Of a DNA stretch of 64,000 nt, positions 26,569 through 36,780 are shown one piece after another. The notes below the pieces were generated by a model. The model was given only the letters and a program-made list of their open reading frames with translations. It did no database searches and had not been told where the DNA came from. Position numbers and translations under genes: made by a program. The stretch is taken from positions 1 through 64,000 of IMG/VR virus record IMGVR_UViG_3300032073_000004; one strand, written 5' to 3'. This stretch comes from an uncultured virus (IMG/VR IMGVR_UViG_3300032073_000004) (taxonomy: Duplodnaviria > Heunggongvirae > Uroviricota > Caudoviricetes). Position 1 is the stretch's first letter. Every line of letters starts with the position of its first letter.

Positions 26569-27278
26569 ATATCTTTTTTATAGTTCGAGAGGCTATCAAT
26601 TAGTTCTCTTTTTACCTTAAAGTTGTGACCATTATTTTTGAGTACGAGCTCTTTGTCCACTCCGTAATTTATAGTCAACATGTCTCTATGTCCCTCAATA
26701 GGCTTCAGGCCCTTGTGTAGGCCGTGTGTCATCCCCACGAACACTTGCCCCTTTGGTCCAACAATACGCCTCTCTAAGCCTGGGTATTGTTTTTTAACAT
26801 CCCTATCTGTCTTTCTATACATGGTTAGATCATCCAAATAGACATCGTTGCTTCCCTCTATGTAGGTAAAGGGGCCGTTCTTTTCTGTAACCTCGTTTAG
26901 GTAAATAAAAATCTTTAAAAAGTTTCCAGAAGTTTTTTCGAGAGTTCCGAGGTTCTTATCTCTGTGAAAGAGTGCCACTCCCTCGGCGGGTTGTTTGGTG
27001 AATTTTGTTCTTCTTAGATTTCCCGATCCTAAATAAAAGGGCCTGCCAGAAAAAAACAAAGAAGGAATCTCAAGAAAGTCATCTCTTAGGGCTAATTCCA
27101 TACACTCATCTATCAGCCACGGTTGTGCTATTTTAGTATAATGCTTATCTTTTTGCGATAGTCCTTTTTTTTGCTTTTCTCTTTTCGAGATTATCTCAAC
27201 AAGCTTATCTATGATCTTGTCTTCAACTTTAATATCGGAATATGCATATCCGTGTTTTTTAAACTTTTCTATATCCAT
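26541..27278 (-). CDS. PhyH-like Fe(II)/2-oxoglutarate dioxygenase
   Basis: F..HGY N-terminus, FHRD facial-triad start, IYLNEV...NGPFTYIEGS, distal H in GLHKG, downstream R. Confidence 0.8.
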   Translation of the reverse strand: MDIEKFKKHGYAYSDIKVEDKIIDKLVEIISKREKQKKGLSQKDKHYTKIAQPWLIDECMELALRDDFLEIPSLFFSGRPFYLGSGNLRRTKFTKQPAEGVALFHRDKNLGTLEKTSGNFLKIFIYLNEVTEKNGPFTYIEGSNDVYLDDLTMYRKTDRDVKKQYPGLERRIVGPKGQVFVGMTHGLHKGLKPIEGHRDMLTINYGVDKELVLKNNGHNFKVKRELIDSLSNYKKDICKNLIIQE

Positions 27279-27279
27279 A

Positions 27280-27801
27280 TTAATTTTCTTTCTCCAAAAA
27301 CACTTTTCCAGCCCTTGCTATAACAATGCTGTCAGCTCTATCATAGACCCCTGGCTTGAAATTACCAAACTTTGTATATTCTACCACGAACGTAGGCTCA
27401 TTGTCAAGCAAAAAGTTAACAACCTTCTCTTTTGCGTTTTCGCCACGCAACACCTTGATACCACAGGACTTTCTAGCAGAAGAAGCAGAAAGGTACTCTG
27501 GTTTTATATTTAAGTTCTCAAAAACCATCCACGAAACGATCCCATTAAATCTACTGAGAGTGGATAGCGTTTTTGCCGAAGAAAAGCCACTTCGAAAAGA
27601 TTGTAACGACTGCTCCACAAAAACGTGCTTGATGTCTTTTGTCTTGACCAGTTCTTTTATCTTCTCGTGGACAAATTTAGCCTTCTCGAAGATGTCTTTG
27701 AACTTTCTTGTGTCCCAAGCATCATTGCAAATTATGTTTCCGCTATCATCCAAAACTGTTGCTCCGGTGATGCTCGTGCTAATATCTAAACCTAAAATCA
27801 T
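27280..27801 (-). CDS. RuvC-like Holliday junction resolvase
   Basis: ILGLDISTSITG, VFVEQ, DRADS acidic catalytic motifs. Confidence 0.85.
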   Translation of the reverse strand: MILGLDISTSITGATVLDDSGNIICNDAWDTRKFKDIFEKAKFVHEKIKELVKTKDIKHVFVEQSLQSFRSGFSSAKTLSTLSRFNGIVSWMVFENLNIKPEYLSASSARKSCGIKVLRGENAKEKVVNFLLDNEPTFVVEYTKFGNFKPGVYDRADSIVIARAGKVFLEKEN

Positions 27802-28862
27802 AAATCTAACTTTAGTTTAAAAGTATAACCGTCTTTTTGCCTTTTTTTAATAGGGGTGGCTAATTTTCCTATTGCCACCAAGTTTTCATCTTCGTCGTAA
27901 ATTCCAATAGATGATATGTAAGTTGTTTTTTCGAAAGATCCGCTTGCCCCATGAGGACTATATGTTAAGTTCTTTAAAGAGCGGGTGCTATTCTCCACAT
28001 AAGAAACAGAGCTTGTATGTTGTAATGTCGTTTGGCCTCTTGTGATCGCCGTCTTGTTTGAAGAACAATTGAGCTCTCCCTTTGGGGCATTCACATACAT
28101 GGTCATGGTGGGGATGTCTTCTGTGCCATCAAACTCCAACTCGAAAGCTGTTTTTGTAGGATTGATTTTTGCACCAAAGTATTTCCACTTAGGGTTATCG
28201 GTGTTACCAGAGCCGTACTCGTCCGTAGAGGGCGATAAGCCCCAGGCCCCAGATAGGTATAGGAAACCTTCGTTATAGAGCGCAACGCCAGCCACAGAGC
28301 CCGAGCCGGTGCTTCCACGAGGGCCTACTTGGACAAGTTCTCCGTTTCCGTGAACATCGTGAAGTTCTCCCACCAAACTGCCCGTCATATAGATGCGACA
28401 CTTAATGCTTCGTTTTTTGATTTTAGAACCAAAATGAACTGATGGTATGGATACCAAACTGTGGCTTGTGCTTCTCTTTGCTCCGTGAGCAGTAGAGGAG
28501 AATTGATATCTTGGACTCAAAGAATTATAAGAATCTAGTGCTGTCCTTAGACTGTCTATCCTAGTTGTCGTTCCCGAGTTTAAGTCAAAACGATAACTTG
28601 CACTCATAGGATATGAGCCTGTTATAGTGTCCCCATATTGCATAGCTGCATACGAGGCACTGGTTGTCGTCTTAAATGCATACTGACTGGAGTTTTTGTA
28701 TATAAAGGGCTGTGCCGAGGCCACAGTTTCATTAAGATAGATGAAGCTTGACGTCGTGTTGTTGATAAACACTTTGCCCTTATGAACCCACACACGGTGA
28801 TGAGGATGGGTTCTAAGTCTGTTTATCGCTACTTCATTGTTCCGGAACTTATAGAGCGTCAT
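27798..28862 (-). CDS. Baseplate/tail-fibre attachment structural protein
   Basis: C-terminal TYISSIGIYDEDENLVAIGKLATPIKK...FKLKLDL; paralog of the adjacent gene. Confidence 0.75.
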   Translation of the reverse strand: MTLYKFRNNEVAINRLRTHPHHRVWVHKGKVFINNTTSSFIYLNETVASAQPFIYKNSSQYAFKTTTSASYAAMQYGDTITGSYPMSASYRFDLNSGTTTRIDSLRTALDSYNSLSPRYQFSSTAHGAKRSTSHSLVSIPSVHFGSKIKKRSIKCRIYMTGSLVGELHDVHGNGELVQVGPRGSTGSGSVAGVALYNEGFLYLSGAWGLSPSTDEYGSGNTDNPKWKYFGAKINPTKTAFELEFDGTEDIPTMTMYVNAPKGELNCSSNKTAITRGQTTLQHTSSVSYVENSTRSLKNLTYSPHGASGSFEKTTYISSIGIYDEDENLVAIGKLATPIKKRQKDGYTFKLKLDL

Positions 28863-28871
28863 AAGGCCCTC

Positions 28872-29912
28872 CTAGTAATCTAGTCTGACTCTTAGGATAA
28901 GCTCGTTAGTTGGATCTTTCTTGATGGGTTCCGATAACTTTGCCACTGCCAAAAGTTCGTTATCTGCGGAATACAAACCAACAGTAGTGATGTACGACGT
29001 AGGATTGTCGCTAGCCTCGTTCTTGACCCTAATCTTACTTCCATTCAAGTAAGTCGGGTTAGAGGAGTAGTTGTATTCATTGTTTCCAATGCGGCAGAAA
29101 TAAACAGTAGAGTTGAGCTCAGTCGTATTATTAAACTGAACATTTTCAATTCTGTTTCTTAACGCTGTGGCATTGTTCGTAATGCTCGACGAAACAATGG
29201 CCTGGTTGCTTGTTTTAGAACCGGAATACGCTGTTTGAAGTTTTCCTAGCGAACTCACAAATACACTCGATGTAACAACTGCGATTCCCGCTTGATAGTA
29301 AAACAAGCCAACAGGAGTACCATAGCTGGTACCACTTGCAACAGAGGAGGTATAAAGCAAGCCATATTCTCCAGCAGGAGAGTTGATCTTGTAACTTGAT
29401 GCTGCATTTGCATCGTAAAGCGTAACGGAGCCAGTAAAAGGGGAGGCATAAGCGGCTGTGCCAAATTTAAGCTGAACTGAGCCTTTCTTTACTTCATCTT
29501 TTGTGAGAAGTCTCGCAAAGTTTAGAAAGAACGCTGACTTTATTTTTGAGCCTCCAGTGAAGTCTCCGTCGGCATCAAACTCTCTGATGGAACCTGTATG
29601 ATCATATCCGGCAAGAACTTGTGCCATTTGATTATAGACTTCCATCTTCTTGTCTCCGTCTACCATGTTGGTAGAGCCGGAAAGAGCTGATGTTGCGGTG
29701 AACCCACATGTAATATCGAAAATGTGGTTTGATGAAGAGCTCAAATATGGATAGTCATAGACTGACTGGAACATATTGTGAGAATAGTTTTTGATATTGT
29801 TGTCTGCGTATGTCCCCGAAACAATGCTGCCCGTAACGGGGATGCTCTCGTGCAAGAGAGTTCTCGTTGAAGCGACGTCATTGTTTAAAAGAGGTTTATA
29901 AATTGTTGCCAT
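28872..29912 (-). CDS. Baseplate/tail-fibre attachment structural protein
   Basis: C-terminal YITTVGLYSADNELLAVAKLSEPIKK...LRVRLDY. Confidence 0.75.
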   Translation of the reverse strand: MATIYKPLLNNDVASTRTLLHESIPVTGSIVSGTYADNNIKNYSHNMFQSVYDYPYLSSSSNHIFDITCGFTATSALSGSTNMVDGDKKMEVYNQMAQVLAGYDHTGSIREFDADGDFTGGSKIKSAFFLNFARLLTKDEVKKGSVQLKFGTAAYASPFTGSVTLYDANAASSYKINSPAGEYGLLYTSSVASGTSYGTPVGLFYYQAGIAVVTSSVFVSSLGKLQTAYSGSKTSNQAIVSSSITNNATALRNRIENVQFNNTTELNSTVYFCRIGNNEYNYSSNPTYLNGSKIRVKNEASDNPTSYITTVGLYSADNELLAVAKLSEPIKKDPTNELILRVRLDY

Positions 29913-29928
29913 GTCTTTTACCTATCCC

Positions 29929-30852
29929 TTATATCTTTTTAATTAATCTTACTGGGATATCCAAAGAATACCCTGTTGTTGCGCCATGAACTCGCAAAAT
30001 AGTATCAATGTATCTGCAACTGGTTGGGCCTGAACCCACGTTTACTGTTCCACCTAACTCTGTAAAGAGATAGTTGCTACTTTCCAAGTCCTGCGTTGCT
30101 TTGAGCTTTGTCATTATCGTTGTTCCGCGAGGACCAGCAATCACATGGCCACTTTCGGTGTTTGTGTCCTTGGCGATAATCTGATTCACCATAGACTTGT
30201 GAGAGTTTTCAGTTACCAAGTAGTTGGCGATCTTATCGTCATCAACGAAGTTTGGCTCCAATAGCACATTGTCAGGCTGGCGAACAGACATAAGTCTATT
30301 GTCCATCTCTAGGCTATACTGAGTCTCTCTCAAGTCTCCATCAATATCGTTGGTGTAAGAAATTTCTGTAGTGTCCAAACCCTGATCGAGTCTAATGACT
30401 CCTTCGCCTGGTGTGGATGTTCCGTTCAAGAGTCCAGTTGTTCCAGTGACTGCTTTTTGGGTAGCGTCGTCAACTGACAATAAATAATGGTTTGTTGCAG
30501 TCATTGCAGTTCCATTTTTTTGAAGTGGGGTTTGGCCACTAGGACTTCCTTCTTGAAGCTTGATGATAGGAAGGTACTTTAAGGTGTTCCTAGCAATACT
30601 TACAAGCTTGCTTTTCATGCTGGAAGCGTTGTTGGTAAAAGCCTCTAGAACTGGTGTTCTCAGCACGTTCAAATCATAGTAAGCACTGCCACTTGAGTGC
30701 GAACCATTGTAGTTCTCGTAGTTTATCTCGTCATCGCCGAGAGCGAACTTGGCAATCTTAAAGGAGCCGTCTCCCTTTGCCAGTCTGTATCTGCCAGTGT
30801 CGGTGAGCACCGCATCTAAAATAATATCACCCGAATTGTCTAAAAAGCCCAT
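29929..30852 (-). CDS. Baseplate/tail structural protein
   Basis: N-terminal IILDAVLTDTGR..LA.GDGSFKI.KFALGDDEINY; SD GGAGG. Confidence 0.75.
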   Translation of the reverse strand: MGFLDNSGDIILDAVLTDTGRYRLAKGDGSFKIAKFALGDDEINYENYNGSHSSGSAYYDLNVLRTPVLEAFTNNASSMKSKLVSIARNTLKYLPIIKLQEGSPSGQTPLQKNGTAMTATNHYLLSVDDATQKAVTGTTGLLNGTSTPGEGVIRLDQGLDTTEISYTNDIDGDLRETQYSLEMDNRLMSVRQPDNVLLEPNFVDDDKIANYLVTENSHKSMVNQIIAKDTNTESGHVIAGPRGTTIMTKLKATQDLESSNYLFTELGGTVNVGSGPTSCRYIDTILRVHGATTGYSLDIPVRLIKKI

Positions 30853-30870
30853 TGTAGTACCTCCACCACA

Positions 30871-30879
30871 TAAATAGTA
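30871..30879 (-). promoter_or_regulatory. Candidate late promoter motif TACTATTTA
   Basis: Intergenic, 19 nt upstream of the ATG at 30852; identical to 10459-10467. Confidence 0.55.
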
Positions 30880-30901
30880 TGTGATATTAGGAAATCACCT
30901 T

Positions 30902-33598
30902 TTACGTGTTCCCTATAAACGATTTTGTAAAACTAAAATTAAAATCTATCTTTTTGCCCGAAGATTTTGACGTTAGTCTAAGTTTAAATTTCTTGCCCCA
31001 AAGAGACTCTATTCCGGTATCTAGTCCTGGCTCGTATGATGTCTTTGTTGCATCATATGCGCTGTTAAGAGTCAAAGACTCGTCTTTCTTCTTCAATGGA
31101 AGAAACTTTGTCTCTGGTGTTATTCTCAAGAATCTCTTCATGTTTCTCTTTGTTTCTCTGGTTTCCTTTATCTCATTTGGAAATTCATAAACTCTGATAT
31201 TTGGGAACACATTGAAAGACTTTACAATCTCCACTTCGTAAACTGCGGATGGGTTTGATATGTTCCCATGGTTATCCATGCAGCGGAATGTATAATAATA
31301 TTTTGTGTTTGGAGCGATCCCATCTTTATATGAGGTTCCCGTAGTTCTGGTTATTCTACTACCTGCAAAATCTTTGTAACTCTTTGGCGGCGTAGAGGTT
31401 CGATATACTTCAAAGAGTACTGATCTACCATCATACTCATATTCTAATAAATTTTTAAATTTTTCTTCATCACTTTTTATTCGGAAGTCTTCTGCGCTGA
31501 TAGTCGGGTCTGGAATTCTTCTTCCATATATGCCTGATATTTTCAATATCCTGTCTCTCTCTGTCTCGTCAAAAAAGGTAGGCTCCATGAGTGCCTTGCC
31601 TGATGAGTCGTTCATCAAAAACAAAACATCATTCTCATTACCCATGTACGGAGCAATAGTGACGTCAGGTGGCATTGGCGGCTTGCTTACAATGTATATT
31701 CCATCTTGTCTAAATACTTCTGTTTCCAGAACCAAAGAGTGCGTACCCGTTGACGGTAAAAGTATTTCATATGCGAATACTTTATAGTTGTATGTCTTTG
31801 CAATATTTACTTGAGTATCTACAAAGCTTATTGGAGCGCCCTCGGAGTCGTTTAAGAAAAAGAAGTTTTGAATTGGCTCATCACTTCCTTCTTCGTATTT
31901 CGACACCTTGAACACAATTGTTTCTTTGTGTTGTTCTCTCGTTCTCGTGATCGTTGACAGATCTGCCAAATATGATCCTTCTCTATAGCTAGACATTTCA
32001 GAAGAGCTCATTTTCGATAATTTCTCACTAAGTGCTTTTTGTTCTTTAAAATACTGTATCTCTTGTTCCACAAGACTCTCGTCTAGGCCGGCTCTCGTTT
32101 CTAAGAACTCTTCAAGTGTCAGGTTCAAAACTTCGCTTGGCATCTCTGCACGAGAAACGCCTTCCGACCAAAAGCTGATGGAGTTCTTATTGTTGTATGT
32201 ATTTTTGCCCAGAAAAGACGCAGGAGCCAGTGGTACGCCCCAAAGACGGACTGGGCTTCCTTCTTGGTCCTGTCCTACGATTTCTCCTTCTTCGCTTGTT
32301 CTTTCTGCAAGGTAAGTGAGGAAACGAGTTTCCATTTCATTTTTCAGCAAAACGCTTGCAAGAGTTTTTTCAACTTTTCTTTTTGTGTTTTTTGCTCTAA
32401 AAGAAGACAGCTCGATATTAACATAAACAGGGAAGTGTTTTTTCAAAAAGTTTTTGTCGCTTTGTGCTTTTATAAAACTTTGGTGGAAAAAATAATTCTT
32501 ATTTGCCTGGGCTATGTCTCCCAACATATCGTCTCCATATTGTAGTGAAGAGAAGAGGTCTTGGTAATATATCGAAACAGAACCTCCGGCCAATTGACTT
32601 TTCTCTGCTCTAGAACTCAGGTTTCCAAAGTATGTTCTTGGCGCTCTTGGTAAGATGTTATCATAAGAAAGGCAAGCGGTGGATACAGCATTGAGTGATG
32701 TAGACTTTGGCCCCAGGTTAATAAAATTACTGAAAGATGGCAGGGATGCCTCCATGGGCTCTTTCGCTAAAACATAGTCTTCGAATTCATACGAAGCATA
32801 ATTGTAAGCGACGTCGAACTCCGCATATCCGCTACTTAACGTATTTCCATATGCCTCTATGTCGTTGTTGTCTACATATTTCCTCACCTCGTACTCTTCT
32901 ATTTCAGCGGTGCCGTCTTCGTCAGCGGAAGGTGCAGTTTTTTTAGCGTCTTCTGCTGACTTTTGCTTCGCATTCTCTTCTGACGGTGAGGTACCTTGAC
33001 CACCTTGTGTTATTGAGGTGTGATAAGTTTTGCTATAACAATCCAGAAGCGAGGCTCTCTCAGCGTCTGTCAATTGTTCATCGTTGACAATTCTTGTTAT
33101 CTCAACGACTCTTTGTATTTCTGGGCTGTTTTGAGCAATCTCTTCTGCCTCTTCTATATCCACATCTCCCGTATTTGCGTCGAGATATTCATCCATAGTT
33201 GCGCCTGCACCATCGGTACCAAGACCTGCTATTCCCCCGAGGTTGCCGCCAGCATAGCTTCCTTCTTCAGGCTCGTCATCTTCTCCTGTTACAATTTCTG
33301 CAATGGCTGCCATAGTAGAGTTTTCAGTAGTCTGCGTTACAAAAATAACAACAGTCTCTTCTTCTTCGGCTTCCTTTGCCTTCTGTGCTGCTTCGTCTGC
33401 TTTTCTCTGGGCCTCTGCTTCCTGTCTTTGCCTCTCAGCTTCTAAAAGAGCGGCCTGGGCTGCAGCTGCGCCGGTGTCTGCTGTCCCTGTCACGTTGCCG
33501 CCCCTACTTCTTCCGCCGCGACTGTTGCTGCTGCTTGAAGAACTGCTGTTGCCAGAAGAGTTGTTGTTTCCGTTGTTATATACTAACGTAAGTGGCAT
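30902..33598 (-). CDS. Large structural protein with low-complexity N-terminus and FN3-like C-terminal motifs
   Basis: 898 aa; YNYKVFAY, PPMPP, TKYYYTFRC.D.HGN.SNPS motifs. Confidence 0.7.
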   Translation of the reverse strand: MPLTLVYNNGNNNSSGNSSSSSSSNSRGGRSRGGNVTGTADTGAAAAQAALLEAERQRQEAEAQRKADEAAQKAKEAEEEETVVIFVTQTTENSTMAAIAEIVTGEDDEPEEGSYAGGNLGGIAGLGTDGAGATMDEYLDANTGDVDIEEAEEIAQNSPEIQRVVEITRIVNDEQLTDAERASLLDCYSKTYHTSITQGGQGTSPSEENAKQKSAEDAKKTAPSADEDGTAEIEEYEVRKYVDNNDIEAYGNTLSSGYAEFDVAYNYASYEFEDYVLAKEPMEASLPSFSNFINLGPKSTSLNAVSTACLSYDNILPRAPRTYFGNLSSRAEKSQLAGGSVSIYYQDLFSSLQYGDDMLGDIAQANKNYFFHQSFIKAQSDKNFLKKHFPVYVNIELSSFRAKNTKRKVEKTLASVLLKNEMETRFLTYLAERTSEEGEIVGQDQEGSPVRLWGVPLAPASFLGKNTYNNKNSISFWSEGVSRAEMPSEVLNLTLEEFLETRAGLDESLVEQEIQYFKEQKALSEKLSKMSSSEMSSYREGSYLADLSTITRTREQHKETIVFKVSKYEEGSDEPIQNFFFLNDSEGAPISFVDTQVNIAKTYNYKVFAYEILLPSTGTHSLVLETEVFRQDGIYIVSKPPMPPDVTIAPYMGNENDVLFLMNDSSGKALMEPTFFDETERDRILKISGIYGRRIPDPTISAEDFRIKSDEEKFKNLLEYEYDGRSVLFEVYRTSTPPKSYKDFAGSRITRTTGTSYKDGIAPNTKYYYTFRCMDNHGNISNPSAVYEVEIVKSFNVFPNIRVYEFPNEIKETRETKRNMKRFLRITPETKFLPLKKKDESLTLNSAYDATKTSYEPGLDTGIESLWGKKFKLRLTSKSSGKKIDFNFSFTKSFIGNT

Positions 33599-36500
33599 CA
33601 GGAATTACCTCCGTAAGTAATAGCTCTGCGTCTCATTGCACCGAACATGCCGCCGCTGCGACCCTGGTTTGTTTGTGCTCCCTCTCTCGCAACTCTCGAT
33701 ATTTGCTTAAAGGTGTTTTCAATATAGTCGAGAACGAAATACTCTTCAGTAGGCACTGCATCGAGGCCTTCACGAGCATCATAACCAAGAAGACTGTTCT
33801 CATATGGTGTTATTCTGCACAGCAATTTCCCATTTGGGGTGCCGGCCAAGTTTTCATAACTTAAATCCTTGAAAACTGGGGCTTGGTATTCGTGTGTACC
33901 TTCGTCATTCTTTTGAAAGCCTGACAGGAACTGAACTCTCTGTATCTGCTTCATAAACAACTCATAGAAAAATCTAGCATCATATACTTCGTCAACGCTG
34001 CTCTCAAAGTTGTCTGCCATTCTCCGGACGTATGAGTTGCTATCTAGGTCAAATTGTGTACTTGTCTTTGTCAAATAAAGTAAGACACACTTTATATGAG
34101 TTGGAAAAGAGTTGAACTCTTCCTCTGTGAAGGTTCTCTCCTCTCCTTTGAAATTTCTTAATTTTAGCTTATTTGAGTCAGGAAGAACTCCTGCCTCTAC
34201 TATGGGGTTCTTTAGGTTAAGGTCTGACATCTCTCCGTCAACCAAACCGTTAAGAAAATTGTTCATTGTTTCTCTTGATATTTCTGCCCCTTGGGAGTTA
34301 GCTGGTCCGTCTTCTAAGCTTGCCGCTAGTTTTGCTTGGTTTTCGCCAATAGGGAGCGTTACCCTGTGTTCGACGTCCAAATTACTTAGTGACATTAGTG
34401 ATGCGCCATACTTTTTCATAAAGTCATCCAACACAGTCCGTTCATCGACTGATGAATCTTCCATATACATTTGTGCTCTTTCTTCTGAGATTCTCTCGTC
34501 ATTGTCTTCATCAGGCTGCTCTAAGAACTCATCAATAATATACTTTTTGTCACCCACACACATCTGAGTCGGCGTCAAAAAAGTCGGCGTGGTGTCGTTT
34601 TCTTCTAGAGTGATGCCAGTCAGTATCTCTTTGCCTCCTGAAGTTATCACGCTCGGAAGAAGATTTCTTTTTTGGCCAAATAGACTTTTTAATTCTGAAT
34701 TTATAATTTTGCTAGAATATAAGTATGAGGACAACTCAAGAAGACATTGGGACTGTGGGTCGTAATAAGTTCCTGGAAAATATTGTGCTCTCAACTTCTT
34801 TGCACTGTCTCTGTTTATGTGTTCCGAAAATGTATATTCAAACTTTGTTGTCTTTTCATAATCACCAGTACCAGAGCTTGGGCTCGTTTTACCCACTTGT
34901 CCTCCCGATTTTCCTCCTACCATATTACGACCGAACAATGCCAGCTTTTCCTCATAAAAACCTGCGGCTTGTTCTGCCAAAAACTTGACAATATTTAGAC
35001 CATGAGGGGTTCCAGAGGATGGGTGACACACTCTCAATAGAGGAAGTATATAATCACCCAAATCGATATCGAGGACAGAACTGTTTTCCTGTATGACCCT
35101 TACTATTTCTGTGGGCATTGTTTGCCAAGGTGGTAATTCTGTAGAACTAGCCCACCATGCTTCTGCTACGTTCAAGAGTCCAGCGACGAAGAGGCCGGTG
35201 GCTGGGTCTATCGTCTGACCTTGAGTCTCTACAAAAGAGATATATTTGTCAAAGTCTCCTATCTTGCTCCTGACTTCTTCCAGTTTTCTTGCGAAATATT
35301 CTGCTGAGTCGTCTTTTATGCTGACTTCTACACGATAAGAATATGCTCCTGCTTTCTGAAATGATACTTGCTTGTCGCAAAAACAATACGCCTTGTGTGT
35401 CGTTGTACTTGTTGAGATATTTCTGCTGTGTGCAGAGATTGATTCAGCGTCTGCCACTTCTACTTCCATGACGTTTTCCGGCTTAACAGAATCGTCAAAC
35501 TTTCGAAAAACAACATTGCTTGAAAAGTCATTACTTAATTCTACTGGAGTTATTCTTTGTCTAGTTATTTTAATAGAAGATACTTTTGCGGTGTTTACCA
35601 CTCCCGTTCTTGGCTGTTCTCCTTTGTATTGTTCTATAAATTTGCTTTCGTCAAAAAAGAACATTCCCCGAACTTCGCCGTCATGCTCCTCCGAAATAAA
35701 AAGAGGTGAAAAGTAGGAAGCAAAGCTCCTCTCTTTTTGATATAGACTATCGGCATGGACTGTCTTTGCTTTTGACGTTTTATTGAAGACTCTGGAGTTT
35801 TTAAGTGTTCTAAGTATTTTATCCACAACCAACTCATCAGTAACTATAGTATCCATAATTGGTGGTGCTGTGGGTGTTGAGCGTGAATAATTAGTTATCT
35901 TGCCATTCCTAATAAAATATTTGCTTCTCTGAGTTCCCACAAAACTTTGAATGTTTTGTTGATCTGTCATAGAGAAATACACGTCCTTGTCAAAGCCTGT
36001 CGTCAGTACAACATATGCTGACATTTCTTCATTTCGTTCCATCAAGTCAAGCATGTTTATTGCGCCTAGAGACATGCTCTTTACAAGCTCAAAAGGATTG
36101 AACGTCACCTTGTAATAAACACTACACTTGGTTTTTGACTGTTTGTTCATCACCTCTTCTGAGATTGCGTTATAGCTTTTTATTGATGAGTCTAGGTACA
36201 CTCTCCTTACAATATCTTCTGTCCCTTGGTTAGTTTTCAAACAAAGTTTGACATCAACAAATGCACTTTTCTTATATATGCTGTCCCCCAACCACCCAAA
36301 GGAAGGAGATAGAACACCTTGGCCATCTTTTATAATTGCGTATGTGTCTTCGACAAAATAACAAATTTCAATGTCTGTATTCCTAACATTAATGTTTTTA
36401 ATAGTGGGAGATGGTAAAACAATAGATGGGGCTGGTTCTATTCGTGCTGCTTCTGCTGCTTTAGTTGCGGCATCGGCATCGGCCTGTGCTGCTGCTGCTG

Positions 36501-36780
36501 CGGCTGCCTGTTGAGCTGCAGCATCGGCGTCTTTTTGAGCTGCTGCTGCGGCTGCCTGTTGAGCTGCAGCATCGGCGGCTTTTTGAGCTGCTGCTGCAGC
36601 GGCTTTTTGGGCTGCAGCGTCGGCGGCTTTTTGAGCTGCTGCTGCTGCGGCGGCTTTTTGAGCTGCTGCTGCTGCGGCTTGTTGGGCTGCAGTCCCAGAC
36701 TGTATCATTGTCGTGCTCGCGGTCTGTGTGCCCCCAGTGGCGCGTCCGGTTACTCGTCCTCTATAGTTTCTCGTAGCCAT
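33598..36780 (-). CDS. Large structural protein with Ala/Gln/Lys-rich N-terminal repeat
   Basis: 1060-aa ORF in the baseplate region. Confidence 0.7.
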   Translation of the reverse strand: MATRNYRGRVTGRATGGTQTASTTMIQSGTAAQQAAAAAAQKAAAAAAAQKAADAAAQKAAAAAAQKAADAAAQQAAAAAAQKDADAAAQQAAAAAAAQADADAATKAAEAARIEPAPSIVLPSPTIKNINVRNTDIEICYFVEDTYAIIKDGQGVLSPSFGWLGDSIYKKSAFVDVKLCLKTNQGTEDIVRRVYLDSSIKSYNAISEEVMNKQSKTKCSVYYKVTFNPFELVKSMSLGAINMLDLMERNEEMSAYVVLTTGFDKDVYFSMTDQQNIQSFVGTQRSKYFIRNGKITNYSRSTPTAPPIMDTIVTDELVVDKILRTLKNSRVFNKTSKAKTVHADSLYQKERSFASYFSPLFISEEHDGEVRGMFFFDESKFIEQYKGEQPRTGVVNTAKVSSIKITRQRITPVELSNDFSSNVVFRKFDDSVKPENVMEVEVADAESISAHSRNISTSTTTHKAYCFCDKQVSFQKAGAYSYRVEVSIKDDSAEYFARKLEEVRSKIGDFDKYISFVETQGQTIDPATGLFVAGLLNVAEAWWASSTELPPWQTMPTEIVRVIQENSSVLDIDLGDYILPLLRVCHPSSGTPHGLNIVKFLAEQAAGFYEEKLALFGRNMVGGKSGGQVGKTSPSSGTGDYEKTTKFEYTFSEHINRDSAKKLRAQYFPGTYYDPQSQCLLELSSYLYSSKIINSELKSLFGQKRNLLPSVITSGGKEILTGITLEENDTTPTFLTPTQMCVGDKKYIIDEFLEQPDEDNDERISEERAQMYMEDSSVDERTVLDDFMKKYGASLMSLSNLDVEHRVTLPIGENQAKLAASLEDGPANSQGAEISRETMNNFLNGLVDGEMSDLNLKNPIVEAGVLPDSNKLKLRNFKGEERTFTEEEFNSFPTHIKCVLLYLTKTSTQFDLDSNSYVRRMADNFESSVDEVYDARFFYELFMKQIQRVQFLSGFQKNDEGTHEYQAPVFKDLSYENLAGTPNGKLLCRITPYENSLLGYDAREGLDAVPTEEYFVLDYIENTFKQISRVAREGAQTNQGRSGGMFGAMRRRAITYGGNS
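36450..36692 (-). repeat. Tandem AAAAAQ(K/Q)AADAAAQ coding repeat
   Basis: Degenerate gctgctgc/gcggc...tgagctgc arrays on the plus strand. Confidence 0.85.

Noticed and set aside
27280..27801. RuvC-like ORF as TnpB/Cas12-type nuclease or transposase
   Set aside because: Only 173 aa with no zinc finger, flanking ends or room for a guide RNA; it fits a stand-alone resolvase.
30881..30898. GTGAT-N8-ATCAC inverted repeat resembling the GTGATATT core of the SD hairpins
   Set aside because: Only a 5-bp stem, in the opposite orientation and not abutting an SD; it could be chance.
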